From Leptospirales bacterium (GTDB taxonomy: Bacteria > Spirochaetota > Leptospiria > Turneriellales > JAOUFE01), in contig JBEQLE010000004.1 in NCBI GenBank assembly GCA_040326155.1, forward strand, positions 11,639 through 75,638: a DNA stretch of 64,000 nucleotides. The letters run 5' to 3'. The notes under the pieces were generated by a model, which was not told the DNA's origin, did no database searches, and was given only the letters and a program-made list of their open reading frames with translations. This document shows, piece by piece, positions 20,311 through 30,990 of this stretch; positions within the stretch are counted from its first letter, which is position 1, and the number at the start of each line of letters is the position of its first letter. Both the position numbers and the translations under genes were made by a program.

Positions 20311-20694
20311 ATGGCTTCTGCTAAAGTTGAGGGAACGAAAGTACTGATTGTCGATGATTCGGGCTACATGCGACAAGTTATTCGTAAATATCTTGAACCA
20401 AAAGGGTTTGTTATTATTGGTGAAGCTCAAGATGGGTGGGAAGCCATTCAGCTTTTTGATCAACTTCGACCAGACGTTGTTACAATGGACATCTCTATGA
20501 AAAAAATGGGTGGTATTGAAGCGACTAAAAAAATTAAAGCTATAGACAGCAAAGCTAAAGTGATCATGGTCTCTGCTTTGGGCGAAGCGAGATTTATAAA
20601 AGAAGCAATTAAAGCCGGAGCAAACGACTTTATTATTAAACCCTTCGCCGAAGAACGACTTGTTGGTTCCATTACCAATGTCGTTGGCAAATAA
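20311..20694 (+). CDS. cheY: Chemotaxis response regulator CheY
   Basis: Single receiver domain immediately after cheA. Confidence 0.85.
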   Translation: MASAKVEGTKVLIVDDSGYMRQVIRKYLEPKGFVIIGEAQDGWEAIQLFDQLRPDVVTMDISMKKMGGIEATKKIKAIDSKAKVIMVSALGEARFIKEAIKAGANDFIIKPFAEERLVGSITNVVGK

Positions 20695-20727
20695 TACTAG
20701 CTCAACTTTATATTATTGGAGATCTGA

Positions 20728-21096
20728 ATGACCACTATCCTGATTGTAGATGATGCAACATTTATTCGAAACATGGTTAAAAAATCTTTACTTCCGCCAG
20801 ATTTTACGGTCGTTGGGGAAGCTGCAAACGGTTTTGAAGCCATAAAATTATACAACGAACTTAAGCCCGATCTTATAACTATGGATATTACAATGCGTGG
20901 AATGGACGGATTGACAGCATTAGAAGAGATATTAAAAAGCAACCCTGAAGCAAAAATTATTATGCTCAGTTCACTGGGTGAAGAAAAGTTTATTAAAAAG
21001 GCGATTAGTCTGGGGGCTAAAGATTTTATTACAAAACCATTTAAACCCGCCCGACTGGTGAATGCAATTCGCGCGATTGTAGATAAAGAGGACTAG
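20728..21096 (+). CDS. cheY: Chemotaxis response regulator CheY
   Basis: GGAG RBS; ILIVDDATFIR, TMDITM, GAKDFITKPF. Confidence 0.88.
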   Translation: MTTILIVDDATFIRNMVKKSLLPPDFTVVGEAANGFEAIKLYNELKPDLITMDITMRGMDGLTALEEILKSNPEAKIIMLSSLGEEKFIKKAISLGAKDFITKPFKPARLVNAIRAIVDKED

Positions 21097-21272
21097 TGCT
21101 GTGTCTGGATAATAAGTTATTTTATTATTCAATAAAAACCTTATCCAGAGGCAGCTAAGTCATAGACTCTGAGTGCAAAAGGCACTTCGAGTGGCGTTTC
21201 CGCTTGAATTTGTTCCGCTAGCCGTTGGCTAGCCGACGGCTAGCGGAACAAATTAAACAGACACGGCACTAG
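21093..21272 (+). mobile_element. 180-bp MITE-like element (family 1), complete copy
   Basis: Terminal inverted repeats CTAGTGCTGTGTCT / AGACACGGCACTAG; internal 48-bp palindrome; other copies at 24967 and 35760. Confidence 0.85.
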
Positions 21273-21276
21273 CCAA

Positions 21277-22506
21277 CTATGGCTGCTCCTTCTTTTTCGA
21301 TCTAAATACCTTTTGCCAGTTTATTTCCGAAGTTTTCAGCAGGTTTATGGCTACGGCAAAAATCAAAATCGTTATATTTCCAAACCAGGCTGTTAGAAAC
21401 GGCGGTATCTGTGGAAAGTTGACAGCCATGGCATCACTCGATAAAAATAAGCCAAAGTAAATAAAAATAAATATAACCGACTGCCCCAGGCCCAGCCCTT
21501 TACCGCTGCGTTTATTAATAATTCCCATGGGGAAACCCAGGTACAAAAATAAAAATGTAGCAAATGAAAGCGCAATACGTTTGTGTAATTCACTTTTCAG
21601 ACGAATAAGGTCTTTTTCCCCGTGTTTTTCTTCTTCTGAATTATAATTATCTATTCTATCTAAAAGTTCGCTTAAACTCAGTCCATTAAATTCCCTCTTC
21701 TTTTCCAGGGCAAAGTTATTTATATCATTTTGTATATTAATATCGAGATACCCATTGGTAAAATCAACAGTTTGATAAACGCCCGATTTATTATCTTCAG
21801 TAAAAATATATCCGTTGTGCAACCGAATAGCTTTTATCCAAACGCCCCCTTCGAGCTCTTTTAAAATTTTGTATCCTTTTTCGGCTACTATAAATTCACT
21901 CAAGCGATAAACCTTTGTAATTTTATCGGACTTTTTAATTTGAACATTCTTTAAAATATCCATACCTGGGTGATCGGGGTCTGGTTCAATGGAACCTACA
22001 TAAATATGGCGCTGGCTCTTTTTGCCTTCTTCTAAAAGTGAAAACTGTCCCTCTTCGATAATAGCAGTTGGGTTATACTTATAGATATTATACGCTATAA
22101 CTTTCATCTCTCGCGCACAATACGGAACAACCTCAAGGTGAAAAAGAAGCAAAACAGCAATCATACCCCCGCCAAAATAGACAAAAGGACGAAAAATGGT
22201 AGTGTACTTCATTCCCCCGGCTCTCATGGCAATAATTTCAGAATCACCATTCATAGTGCCAACGGCCATAATAATCGCTAGCAGCGCCGACATAGGAATA
22301 GTCATACCCAGAGTCCACCCCATAGAGTATGTCAATAGCTCCAAAATATAAAAAACATCGATATTCTTTTCAATAGCGGCTTTAATCGCCTCACGCATGC
22401 TAAATAGCAATACGATAAATGTAAAAAATATCAATCCCACAATAAAAGGGGGTATAAAATTGGATAGGGTATACCGCGAAAGTATCGTGGGTTTAAAAAA
22501 TTTCAC
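21277..22506 (-). CDS. lptF: LPS export ABC permease LptF/LptG
   Basis: TIPMSALLA...G.MNGDSEIIAMRAGG, ELHKRIALSF...LGFPMG...RSG, AWFGN. Confidence 0.88.
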   Translation of the reverse strand: MKFFKPTILSRYTLSNFIPPFIVGLIFFTFIVLLFSMREAIKAAIEKNIDVFYILELLTYSMGWTLGMTIPMSALLAIIMAVGTMNGDSEIIAMRAGGMKYTTIFRPFVYFGGGMIAVLLLFHLEVVPYCAREMKVIAYNIYKYNPTAIIEEGQFSLLEEGKKSQRHIYVGSIEPDPDHPGMDILKNVQIKKSDKITKVYRLSEFIVAEKGYKILKELEGGVWIKAIRLHNGYIFTEDNKSGVYQTVDFTNGYLDINIQNDINNFALEKKREFNGLSLSELLDRIDNYNSEEEKHGEKDLIRLKSELHKRIALSFATFLFLYLGFPMGIINKRSGKGLGLGQSVIFIFIYFGLFLSSDAMAVNFPQIPPFLTAWFGNITILIFAVAINLLKTSEINWQKVFRSKKKEQP

Positions 22507-22521
22507 TATTACACCGGATTA

Positions 22522-22911
22522 TTACAATTGGACCTTCATCGTATATGCAATATATTCTTCTTTTAACTCGTAAATGTAAACCTTGTAACCGGGCAACTCA
22601 ATAGTGTTATCTTTTATTGGATAGGCTTTTAATTCGCTTAAATCAGCAGTCTCTTTATTTGTATCATACCTTTCTTCATATCGAAAATGTACTGCCTGCT
22701 CGTCAGCTTTTATGAAAAACCACTTTTTGTATACCATACGTCGTTTTCCCATCTTCAGTTGTATTTCGGTCGAACTAAACATCAACTGATCTGTAACAAC
22801 CCTGCTTAGCTTTACGCCCTCAGACTCTTCTTTAATTATATAAGCTCCACCGCCACAATAACCAAAAAAACCGAGACTCAATACAAATAATATTATAACG
22901 CTCTTTTTCAT
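22522..22911 (-). CDS. Hypothetical lipoprotein
   Basis: MKK + hydrophobic + FFGY-C spirochaetal lipobox; coupled to coaX. Confidence 0.7.
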   Translation of the reverse strand: MKKSVIILFVLSLGFFGYCGGGAYIIKEESEGVKLSRVVTDQLMFSSTEIQLKMGKRRMVYKKWFFIKADEQAVHFRYEERYDTNKETADLSELKAYPIKDNTIELPGYKVYIYELKEEYIAYTMKVQL

Positions 22912-23684
22912 GCTACCTCTAGGTCTCTATTATTTAACTCGTATAAACGGTGTAACCCTTTTAATGTCAACGCAGGGTCTACCACATCAAAAAATTCATG
23001 TGTAAAACCGAGTTCTGTGATGATCCCTCCGGTTGCTATGACCACAAGGTTAGATGCATCGACAGCGGCTATCTCTCGGCCAAGTTCCCGAAGAATTTCC
23101 CGAACCATTCCTTTGGTTGAGAAATAAACACCGCACTCTATGGACTCTTGTGAACTTTCACCCAGTATTTTATCTTTATTACGATACTCAACCTGTGGCA
23201 ATTTTGCGGCTTTCTGACTCAAAGCTGAAAGAGTTGTATGAATTCCCGGAACAATTACCCCACCTTGGTAAATATTATCGCTGATGAGGCAAAATGTTAT
23301 TGCTGTGCCAAAATCGACTACAACTACATGAGGGCCAAAACCTGCCGCCGCAGTTAGGTTGGCCAGGCGGTCGGCCCCTATCGTTGGAAATTTTTCAGGG
23401 TTAAATTCAAAAGGGAATTGTAACCCGCCATCGACCAAAAGAATATCCTGTGTTCCCAGAAAGTGAAACGCCTCGCACAAGGGAGTATTGATGCTTGGGG
23501 CTACCGAACACATAACCACTCGAAACTTCTCATCCACTTCGTCGGCCCAATTTCTAATAAAAACAGCCCATCCATCTCGGGAATTATCGGAAAGTGTTGG
23601 CGTCCTTGTCGTTTTCAACAAAGAACGCCCATTCCACAAACCAAACACCGTTTCCGAATTGCCAACATCGACCGTAATGATCAT
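22908..23684 (-). CDS. coaX: Type III pantothenate kinase
   Basis: VDVGNS, IGADR, VVVDFGTAIT, GGVIVPG, IATGG, LTLKGL. Confidence 0.95.
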   Translation of the reverse strand: MIITVDVGNSETVFGLWNGRSLLKTTRTPTLSDNSRDGWAVFIRNWADEVDEKFRVVMCSVAPSINTPLCEAFHFLGTQDILLVDGGLQFPFEFNPEKFPTIGADRLANLTAAAGFGPHVVVVDFGTAITFCLISDNIYQGGVIVPGIHTTLSALSQKAAKLPQVEYRNKDKILGESSQESIECGVYFSTKGMVREILRELGREIAAVDASNLVVIATGGIITELGFTHEFFDVVDPALTLKGLHRLYELNNRDLEVA

Positions 23685-24823
23685 CTTCGGCGTGGAATTT
23701 CCTTCAAAGTAACCTTTGTTTTATAAATCTTTCCATCTCGAATATACTCAATATCAATGATCGCCCCGGCCCCTTTTCGCAAAACCGTCGACTTTAAAAC
23801 AGATAGACTTTCTGCCGAATCTCCATTGACTTTAATAATAAAATCGTTGGAACGCAAGCCCGCTTCCCAGGCAGGGGAACCCTGGTTGACATGAGAAATT
23901 AAAAGTCCTACATTGTCTTCCAGTTTAAGTTTATTTCGGGTTCTATCGGAGATACTGCCTTCGATTACTACACCGATATAACCAGGTTTAATTGTTTTTC
24001 CTGATTTTAAAACCTCAATTACATCTTTAGCATAATTTATGGGTATAGCAAAACCGATACCGACAGAACCTCCGCTTTGCGAATAGATCATCTGGTTAAT
24101 ACCGACCACTTCGCCTTTAATATTCAGCAATGGCCCACCTGAATTTCCAGGATTAATTGCCGCGTCTGTCTGAATACGAGGTTGTCCATCGGCAGCGTGA
24201 ATATCCTGACCGGTGGATGAGATTACTCCGAAGGTAAAAGTTGATTGTAAACCAAATGGGTTGCCAATGGCAATGCCAAAATCGCCAACTCTTGTTTCGT
24301 CAGAATTGCCTAGGTGGACTACCTTAATTTCTTCTTTGGCTTCTATTTTTAATAAAACGATATCGGAAATTTCATCGCTGCCGATCAACTTTGCTTCATA
24401 AAAATTTCCATTTTGTAGTTTAACGGTAATCTTGTCGACTCCTTTGACAACATGATAATTCGTTACAATAAAACCATCTGAACTGATAATAAAACCCGAA
24501 CCCAACCCTTGTCTTGTTCTTTCTTTCGGAGTTCCAAAAAATTGTTTAAAAATCGGGTCAACTTTAACAATTTGCTCTGTTTCAATTCGGACTACCGCCG
24601 GGCTCACCTCTTCGTATATTTCACGAAGCGCTTGTTGTAGCTTTATAGCGCCTACAACCGAATTACTTTGCAACAGAGGGTTTTGTTCCGAAGCAAAAAT
24701 TTGTGAATCTGTAGATTCTTTACAGTTTCCTATAAAAGGAGAAAAGAAAGCGCCAATTAGAAACACAAATAACACAAGATTTGTTAACCCAATAGGCGAT
24801 ATTTTCCATTGTTTTTTATCCAT
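23681..24823 (-). CDS. htrA: HtrA/DegP family serine protease with one PDZ domain
   Basis: GSGFII, VTNYHVV, IQTDAAINPGNSGGPL, C-terminal PDZ. Confidence 0.93.
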   Translation of the reverse strand: MDKKQWKISPIGLTNLVLFVFLIGAFFSPFIGNCKESTDSQIFASEQNPLLQSNSVVGAIKLQQALREIYEEVSPAVVRIETEQIVKVDPIFKQFFGTPKERTRQGLGSGFIISSDGFIVTNYHVVKGVDKITVKLQNGNFYEAKLIGSDEISDIVLLKIEAKEEIKVVHLGNSDETRVGDFGIAIGNPFGLQSTFTFGVISSTGQDIHAADGQPRIQTDAAINPGNSGGPLLNIKGEVVGINQMIYSQSGGSVGIGFAIPINYAKDVIEVLKSGKTIKPGYIGVVIEGSISDRTRNKLKLEDNVGLLISHVNQGSPAWEAGLRSNDFIIKVNGDSAESLSVLKSTVLRKGAGAIIDIEYIRDGKIYKTKVTLKEIPRRR

Positions 24824-24966
24824 TTAGACCTCTTAAGTGCAAAATTGCAAATTCCCCGAAAATGGGGTAAATTAATAGTACTTTGTATTATTCCACTAAA
24901 TTTAAGATCGCAAGTCAAGTAAAATATTCGAAAAAAACAAGCAATCGAAGGAAGGAAGGAAGGAGG

Positions 24967-25149
24967 TGAGTGCCGTGTCTTTTTAATTTGTTCCGCTAGC
25001 CGTCGGCTAGCCAACGGCTACCGCTTCACAAATTCAAGTGGAAACGCCACTCGAAGTGCCTTTTGCACTCAGAGTCTATGACTTAAGCTGTGACTAGATA
25101 GATTATATTAAAATAAGCTAATGTAACATCTATCCAGTCACAGCACTAG
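24967..25149 (-). mobile_element. MITE-like element (family 1), inverted variant copy
   Basis: Reverse complement of 21093-21272 in the central and palindrome modules; terminal hairpin module has a different loop. Confidence 0.85.
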
Positions 25150-25172
25150 TGTAGATTACTGGTGCTCGCTTA

Positions 25173-25973
25173 TTACTTCTTACCTTTCTTCTTTTTGGTT
25201 TCAACGGCAATTCTGGCCTTGTAAGACTCGATACCCGATTTGCATTTTTTACTGAGTTCCATGTCGCCTGTCATGCTGGCAATTCGCCGCAAATCTTCGA
25301 GCATTTTCATGGCATAAACAAGGTCGTTGGTTGATTTTGTGGATATTTCAAATTTACTGCGGTATTGACTGGAGGCGTCAAACAGTGTTTCTTTTACTGT
25401 ATTTAACAACTCCTGGCGGTCATAAAAAAATTCCTCTCTGGGGTCTCGTATCGCCTGCATTTCTCGATAATCAGTCATATTCTTAAGCGTTATGGCCAGT
25501 TTGCCCCAAAGCTCAGGAAAAGACCATTTCCACTTGGTGCTTTCGCCATACCCTTTTATGAGCCTTTGAATAGTTTTTTGTATATGCTTATAAAAATTAA
25601 GACGCTGTTTGGGAGTAAAAGGTTTCAGTTTATCGAGTTCTTCACGGTTATGGTTTAAAGGAGCATCTACATTCATGGTCACAACTGGCTCAATTTCTTG
25701 AAAAATTTTACCGACCATTCTTTTTGCCGTATCAAGGTAATTGTTATTTTTTATACCCATCATACGCTCAGACATATCGTTCATGTCCAGGTTGAGGTTA
25801 ATCTGGCGTAACATTTTAGATACGATTCCTATATAAAAAAAAGGCTGCAATTTTTCATTTTGACCCATTGCTTTTTTTATTGCCGCAATATCTTTATCTA
25901 TTTCGGCAATGGCTTTTTTTTGTTCTGAAATTCTATCGTTGTATCTTCTTTTCGTACCGGCGTCTACTGCCAT
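25173..25973 (-). CDS. Conserved spirochaetal helical hypothetical protein
   Basis: AGAGG RBS; YGESTKWKWSFPEL motif recalled from spirochaete conserved hypotheticals. Confidence 0.75.
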   Translation of the reverse strand: MAVDAGTKRRYNDRISEQKKAIAEIDKDIAAIKKAMGQNEKLQPFFYIGIVSKMLRQINLNLDMNDMSERMMGIKNNNYLDTAKRMVGKIFQEIEPVVTMNVDAPLNHNREELDKLKPFTPKQRLNFYKHIQKTIQRLIKGYGESTKWKWSFPELWGKLAITLKNMTDYREMQAIRDPREEFFYDRQELLNTVKETLFDASSQYRSKFEISTKSTNDLVYAMKMLEDLRRIASMTGDMELSKKCKSGIESYKARIAVETKKKKGKK

Positions 25974-25998
25974 AGTTTTACCTCTTATTTATATAACC

Positions 25999-26199
25999 CT
26001 ATGCATAAGTATCGACAACTGATTGGGGCATACTTGACCCGGCTTCATCGAGCGCAGGTTCACGAGGTGGCTCGCTGGCCGGTTCTGAGGCAGAAAGTTC
26101 CGGCGTTTCCGGCGGTGGTTCGTGTAGAACCCTTGTTACAGTCTGGCTGGGTAATGTGTTTTGATTTTCACCGATTATATTATTTATTTCCTGTACCAT
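25999..26199 (-). CDS. Small acidic/Pro-rich protein ending VDTYA
   Basis: AGGAG RBS inside the lgt 3' end; 66 aa. Confidence 0.6.
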   Translation of the reverse strand: MVQEINNIIGENQNTLPSQTVTRVLHEPPPETPELSASEPASEPPREPALDEAGSSMPQSVVDTYA

Positions 26200-27112
26200 A
26201 GGGCTCGGCTCCTCTTATCCACTTCATAATTTCACCTCGCTGTTTTATCAGGTAGAAAAAAGAAACGGCAATAAATACCAGAGAAATAAACTGTCCCTGG
26301 GTAATCGGAATTTCCCCGAAAGGCAAGGTAACGGGGGGGTTTAACCGAATAATTTCAACCAAAAAGCGAACTAAACTATGAAGTATAATAAAAGTAACAA
26401 ATTTTACCCCTACCGGCCACTCTCTGGTCCGCTTCAAAAAGAAGAAAGCAAAAAGTAAAAGTGAAAAAGTGGCTTCATAAAAAGGAGTATTATACACAAC
26501 AACATCGGGACCGTGGTCTCGAACAAGTTCGGCCCAGGTATCCTGAGCGGCGCCGTTTGGAAAAGACATTGCAAAAGGAGCGCGCCAACCTAAATCGCAT
26601 GCTATTCCATAACATCCATCCCCGGAAAACAAGCAACCTAAACGTCCAAACATATACCCAATAGCCAAAGAAGGGGTAACAATATCACCCATTCTAAGAT
26701 ACGGAATTTTTACATATCGTAAATAAAAAACCATGGCCAGACTGGCTACGAGAGCTCCACCATACCAGGTCAATCCACCCAGACTGAATAGCTGTTTAAA
26801 AAACCCACTGAAGCCATACCAACTATCGGAAGTTTCCCAGACAAAGAACAGTTTGGCTCCGGCAATGCCACCAAGAACCAGTATAATAATAATCGTGTCG
26901 GCCATAGGTACGGGCATACCAAGCCGATGAAACTCTTTTTGAAGAAGGAAGTTTGCGGTAAGAAAACCACAGGCCATCATTAAGCCATAAGTAGATAGAC
27001 GAATCCAGCTATCTTCAGCTAGAAAATCGGCGGTAATAAATCCGCCTTTATAATGACATCCGGCAAGAAAAAGAACCGAAACGAGTGCAAATAAGAGTGT
27101 TTTCAGACGCAT
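26180..27112 (-). CDS. lgt: Prolipoprotein diacylglyceryl transferase
   Basis: TYGLM, GAKL, GGLTWYGG, GRLGCLFSGDGCYG, TPFYE, RFLVEIIR, TQGQFIS. Confidence 0.93.
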   Translation of the reverse strand: MRLKTLLFALVSVLFLAGCHYKGGFITADFLAEDSWIRLSTYGLMMACGFLTANFLLQKEFHRLGMPVPMADTIIIILVLGGIAGAKLFFVWETSDSWYGFSGFFKQLFSLGGLTWYGGALVASLAMVFYLRYVKIPYLRMGDIVTPSLAIGYMFGRLGCLFSGDGCYGIACDLGWRAPFAMSFPNGAAQDTWAELVRDHGPDVVVYNTPFYEATFSLLLFAFFFLKRTREWPVGVKFVTFIILHSLVRFLVEIIRLNPPVTLPFGEIPITQGQFISLVFIAVSFFYLIKQRGEIMKWIRGAEPYGTGNK

Positions 27113-27150
27113 GATAATAAATGAATTTTCCAAATGGGTGGTCAAGGACT

Positions 27151-29898
27151 TTATACGCGAACACCAAGAGATTCTTTTACAATTCGATTTTGTTCTTTTT
27201 CATGTAATTTATAGATTCCTTCTGCAGGCACCGCCGAAGATGGGCGTGAAACAACTGAAAGACCTGCCCTCTCAGGAATAAGTTTTATAAGCTGATCTCG
27301 AATATAAGAGTTCGCTCCCATGTTTTCAGGTTCTTCTTGAGCCCACACAAACTCGGTAGCATTCGAATATTGGTTTATGACTTGCTTTAACTCAACTTCG
27401 GGAAAAGGATACAATTGTTCGACTCTTACAAGGGAAACATGAACCAGATTTTTTTCATCCCGAACTTTTTGAATGTCGTAATAAATTTTACCCGAACAAA
27501 AAATTACCCTTTTCGGATTTAGCAGCCTATCCCAGATAACGGGTAAAAAACCATCGTTATAAAAATCTTTAAGTTCGGAGAACGACTCTGTATAACGCAA
27601 AAGACTTTTCGGAGTAAACACCAGCAGAGGTTTTCGGTCGTGTAAAACCATCTGACGGCGTAGCGCGTGAAAATACTGCGCCGGGGTGGTTAAATTCACT
27701 ATGCGCATATTCTCTTGAGAGGCCATCTGTAAAAAACGTTCGAGCCGGGCGCTGGAGTGTTCAGGCCCCTGCCCCTCATAACCATGCGGCAATAACATCG
27801 TCAAAGCGCTTTTTCTGTGCCATTTTTGTTCTGCAGAAGAGATAAACTGGTCAAAAATTACCTGGGCTCCGTTTGCAAAATCACCAAACTGAGCTTCCCA
27901 GATTACTAAACCGTATGGGTCAACAAGTGAATACCCAAACTCGTACCCGAGCACGGCAAATTCAGAGAGAGGGGAATTTACAAATTCTACTCCCCTCTCT
28001 GTGATGTTCTCAAAAGGAGAAAATTTTGTTCCCGTGTTATAATCAGCTAAAACAGCATGCCTGTGTGAAAAAGTTCCACGGCTGACATCTTGTCCGCTGA
28101 ATCTAACCCAAAATTTATCTTTCAATAGTCCCGCCAGAGCCAATGACTCTGCGGCAGCCCAATCAAGAGGTTTTTTTTCTTGAACCATCTGTTCCCGGGT
28201 AGTATAATAACGTTCGAGTTTAGGGTGTAATTTGAATCCGTCTGGAAATTGTACAAGTGTTCGTCCCAGCTCTTTTAGTTCCATTTTCGAGGGTATAACA
28301 GATATTTTATTTGAATTATGAATAGAACTCCAATTGCCTTTCATTGTATCGACTTCCATTTTTACATCTTGTTCACGCTGGTCATGTAACCCGTTTTTAA
28401 GTTCTTTTTGGTATTTTTCCTTTGCTAAAGTAATAAATTCATCCGAATTTCCTCTTTCTTTTAAAATTTTTTCATAACCTGCTAAAGCGCCCGGATGTTT
28501 TTTAATAATTTTATAAAGAAAAGGCTGAGTAAAAGAGGGTTCATCAGTTTCATTGTGTCCCAGTTTTCGATATACGACCAAGTCAATTACAATATCTTTA
28601 TGAAATGTATGACGGTAGCGAATAGCGAGCAAGGCCGCTTTATAAACCGCTTCGGCGTCGTCTCCATTTACATGAATAACCGGTACATGGTATCCCCTCG
28701 CAGGGTCAGTTGCGTGAGGCCCTCCTCGCGAATCACTCGGATCGGTGGTAAACCCAATCTGGTTATTCAATACAATATGGATGGTACCGCCTGTGCTGAA
28801 GCCCTCTACTTTTGACAGGTTCAACGCCTCGGCAACAACCCCCTGGCCGGCAAAAGCTGCGTCGCCATGTATTACAATACCATAATACTTATTTCGCAGG
28901 GTATCTTTTGCCAGTGTCTGTCTGGCTCTTACAGAACCATTCACGACGGGGTGAACAGCTTCAAGATGAGAAGGATTAAACATTAAAGTCACTTTAAGGT
29001 TTTTAGTTTCGGAAAGTTTTCTGATGGCAGAATACCCAAGGTGGTATTTTACATCGGAATAATCGGGAGTCGCGGGGTCAAAATTTTCGTTAAATTCGGC
29101 AAAGATTTTAGAAAGAGGTTTTTCCAATACGTTCGCCAGAACATTCAGACGACCCCGGTGGGCCATGCCCAGAACGACCCCTTCTGCGGAAGAAAATTCT
29201 GCTTCTCTTAGTAGACTGTTCAATAGAACGATCAGACTTTCACCCCCTTCCAGAGAAAAACGTTTTTTACCCGGAAATTTATTGCCTGAAAACTTTTCAA
29301 AATATTCAGCCTTAATAAGGTCGAGAAATATTTGTTTTTGTATAGAGGTTTCAGGAACACTGAAAAATGAATCTGATTCCACTTGTTTATAAAACCATGA
29401 CTTCTCTGCTTGTTTATCAAGATGAGAAATTTCCAACCCGATGGTGTCGCAATAAATTCTCTCAAACATAGAAATTAATTTTTCGAGAGAGGATGTTCCA
29501 AATGCGACGTGGGTAACACTCTTTTTCAACTCTTCGGGGGAAAAACTTTCAATACTTTTTTTGAGCCATGTTCGCTCGGGCATACGCATTCCCAGGGGGT
29601 CAATGCCGGCGGCATAATGGCCGTAATTTCGATACGTGTTCAGTAAAAGTTCTACCCTGGAAAGCTCCAGCGTACCAGTTGGTGCGACAGTTTGGCTTAC
29701 AACAGGGGAGCCCGATAATGAAAAACTGTCTCTATTTGACTCATAGGCAGAAAAGAGCGCCCTCCATTCAGAATCGACTGAAAGTGTATCTTTTCGGTAG
29801 CTGGCATAAAGGTCTTCTAATAAAGACAGATTCTCCCCGGAGAATGCTGGTAATATTGATTTGTCAGTAATGTTCACCGGTTCGGACTCCTTAGACAT
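27151..29898 (-). CDS. sucA: 2-oxoglutarate dehydrogenase E1
   Basis: KRFSLEGGE, GMAHRGRLNVL, DVKYHLG, NPSHLE, HGDAAFAGQG, WEAQFGDFANGAQ, HGYEGQGPEHSSARLERFLQ. Confidence 0.97.
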   Translation of the reverse strand: MSKESEPVNITDKSILPAFSGENLSLLEDLYASYRKDTLSVDSEWRALFSAYESNRDSFSLSGSPVVSQTVAPTGTLELSRVELLLNTYRNYGHYAAGIDPLGMRMPERTWLKKSIESFSPEELKKSVTHVAFGTSSLEKLISMFERIYCDTIGLEISHLDKQAEKSWFYKQVESDSFFSVPETSIQKQIFLDLIKAEYFEKFSGNKFPGKKRFSLEGGESLIVLLNSLLREAEFSSAEGVVLGMAHRGRLNVLANVLEKPLSKIFAEFNENFDPATPDYSDVKYHLGYSAIRKLSETKNLKVTLMFNPSHLEAVHPVVNGSVRARQTLAKDTLRNKYYGIVIHGDAAFAGQGVVAEALNLSKVEGFSTGGTIHIVLNNQIGFTTDPSDSRGGPHATDPARGYHVPVIHVNGDDAEAVYKAALLAIRYRHTFHKDIVIDLVVYRKLGHNETDEPSFTQPFLYKIIKKHPGALAGYEKILKERGNSDEFITLAKEKYQKELKNGLHDQREQDVKMEVDTMKGNWSSIHNSNKISVIPSKMELKELGRTLVQFPDGFKLHPKLERYYTTREQMVQEKKPLDWAAAESLALAGLLKDKFWVRFSGQDVSRGTFSHRHAVLADYNTGTKFSPFENITERGVEFVNSPLSEFAVLGYEFGYSLVDPYGLVIWEAQFGDFANGAQVIFDQFISSAEQKWHRKSALTMLLPHGYEGQGPEHSSARLERFLQMASQENMRIVNLTTPAQYFHALRRQMVLHDRKPLLVFTPKSLLRYTESFSELKDFYNDGFLPVIWDRLLNPKRVIFCSGKIYYDIQKVRDEKNLVHVSLVRVEQLYPFPEVELKQVINQYSNATEFVWAQEEPENMGANSYIRDQLIKLIPERAGLSVVSRPSSAVPAEGIYKLHEKEQNRIVKESLGVRV

Positions 29899-29967
29899 AG
29901 GACGAACCAAATTAGTTTTTTATAATATATGGATATTAAAATGCAAGATAAAAGTGAAATAAAATTT

Positions 29968-30008
29968 TTTCATTAAAAAACCGGGATTAACCCGGTTTTT
30001 TAATGAAA
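29968..30008. terminator. Bidirectional intrinsic terminator
   Basis: TTTCATTAAAAAACCGGG-ATTAA-CCCGGTTTTTTAATGAAA, a perfect 18-bp stem with A/T tracts, downstream of the 30071 gene. Confidence 0.8.
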
Positions 30009-30070
30009 TGAATCGACGACAAACAGTAAGAATTTGTTCCTGCTGTTTGTTTCTATATATTATTGTCGCC

Positions 30071-30940
30071 CTAATTTGTTTTTTTGGTCTTAACCTCAAC
30101 TTCTTTATCGTACACCAGATTCTTTGCGTCACTGGCATCTCTTTTAAATTCTTCTGGAATTCTCGGGTCCAATACCGGGGGCATATTGGCCTCGACTGCA
30201 AAACGATTATCGCGTAGGTCAGTTTGAACCGTATATATATCGTTTCTATTCAACAACTGATATATTCTTACAACATTCAGTTTAGACTTTCTACAATAGT
30301 TAATCGCAGCAAGGTATCTTTCAATTCGCATAGCATGATATCTGGGGTCTGGTTTTTTACCATCTTCAAACCATTTCTCAAGATCGATTCCCGCTTTACG
30401 AATTCGACGCGCTTCAGTAAGCCGCTCGTAACCCATTTCAATATTACGGAAAATAGTATAACGGTCATACGTGAGGTGAAACTCAGTAGGGTCATAAGAG
30501 CGGGCTTCGCCGGGGTCAATATCAACCCCATACCGGCGTACAAGCTCTGAGTTTTTATCAAACTTAACACGCAAGTCGACGAAATTCTTAATTACCCTTT
30601 GCAACATGGTTGACGTACGCTCGATATAATTAAGACTCATTTGCTCAAAAAGTTTTTCGAGCTTTTGCTGGGTTGCCAGCTGAGTTTTATATGAATCAAC
30701 ATAGTTTCTTTCTAAAAACAAAGAAAGTCCGGCAAGGTAGTCATTTTTAATTACTTCAAACTCTTTTTTTTGATCTTCCGTACCGAAATTTAGTATAGCC
30801 ACTTCAATACCGACTATAAATTTTTGATTTTCGGCAGTCTTTTCTTTTGCTTTTTGACTGGGCGGAACCGCCACAACCGAGCCGATGTATCCGAAAAATA
30901 CGGAAACTAATATAATAGCTTTAATTTTTTTTATATTCAT
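30071..30940 (-). CDS. Exported helical protein resembling the Leptospira LIC11274 family
   Basis: Signal peptide from ATG 30940; YDP.E.H.TYD.Y.I..N.EMGY..L..AR, RI..Y..AIN..R.SK.N, DPRIPE motifs recalled from that family. Confidence 0.7.
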   Translation of the reverse strand: MNIKKIKAIILVSVFFGYIGSVVAVPPSQKAKEKTAENQKFIVGIEVAILNFGTEDQKKEFEVIKNDYLAGLSLFLERNYVDSYKTQLATQQKLEKLFEQMSLNYIERTSTMLQRVIKNFVDLRVKFDKNSELVRRYGVDIDPGEARSYDPTEFHLTYDRYTIFRNIEMGYERLTEARRIRKAGIDLEKWFEDGKKPDPRYHAMRIERYLAAINYCRKSKLNVVRIYQLLNRNDIYTVQTDLRDNRFAVEANMPPVLDPRIPEEFKRDASDAKNLVYDKEVEVKTKKTN

Positions 30941-30990
30941 TGTAATCCCCTTCACTTTAATCTATTGCTTTAATAGAATCCTACGTTTCA

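Noticed and set aside
30071-30940. Flagellar coiling protein FcpA or OmpL37
   Set aside because: Lacks the motifs I recall for those proteins; fits the LIC11274-like pattern better
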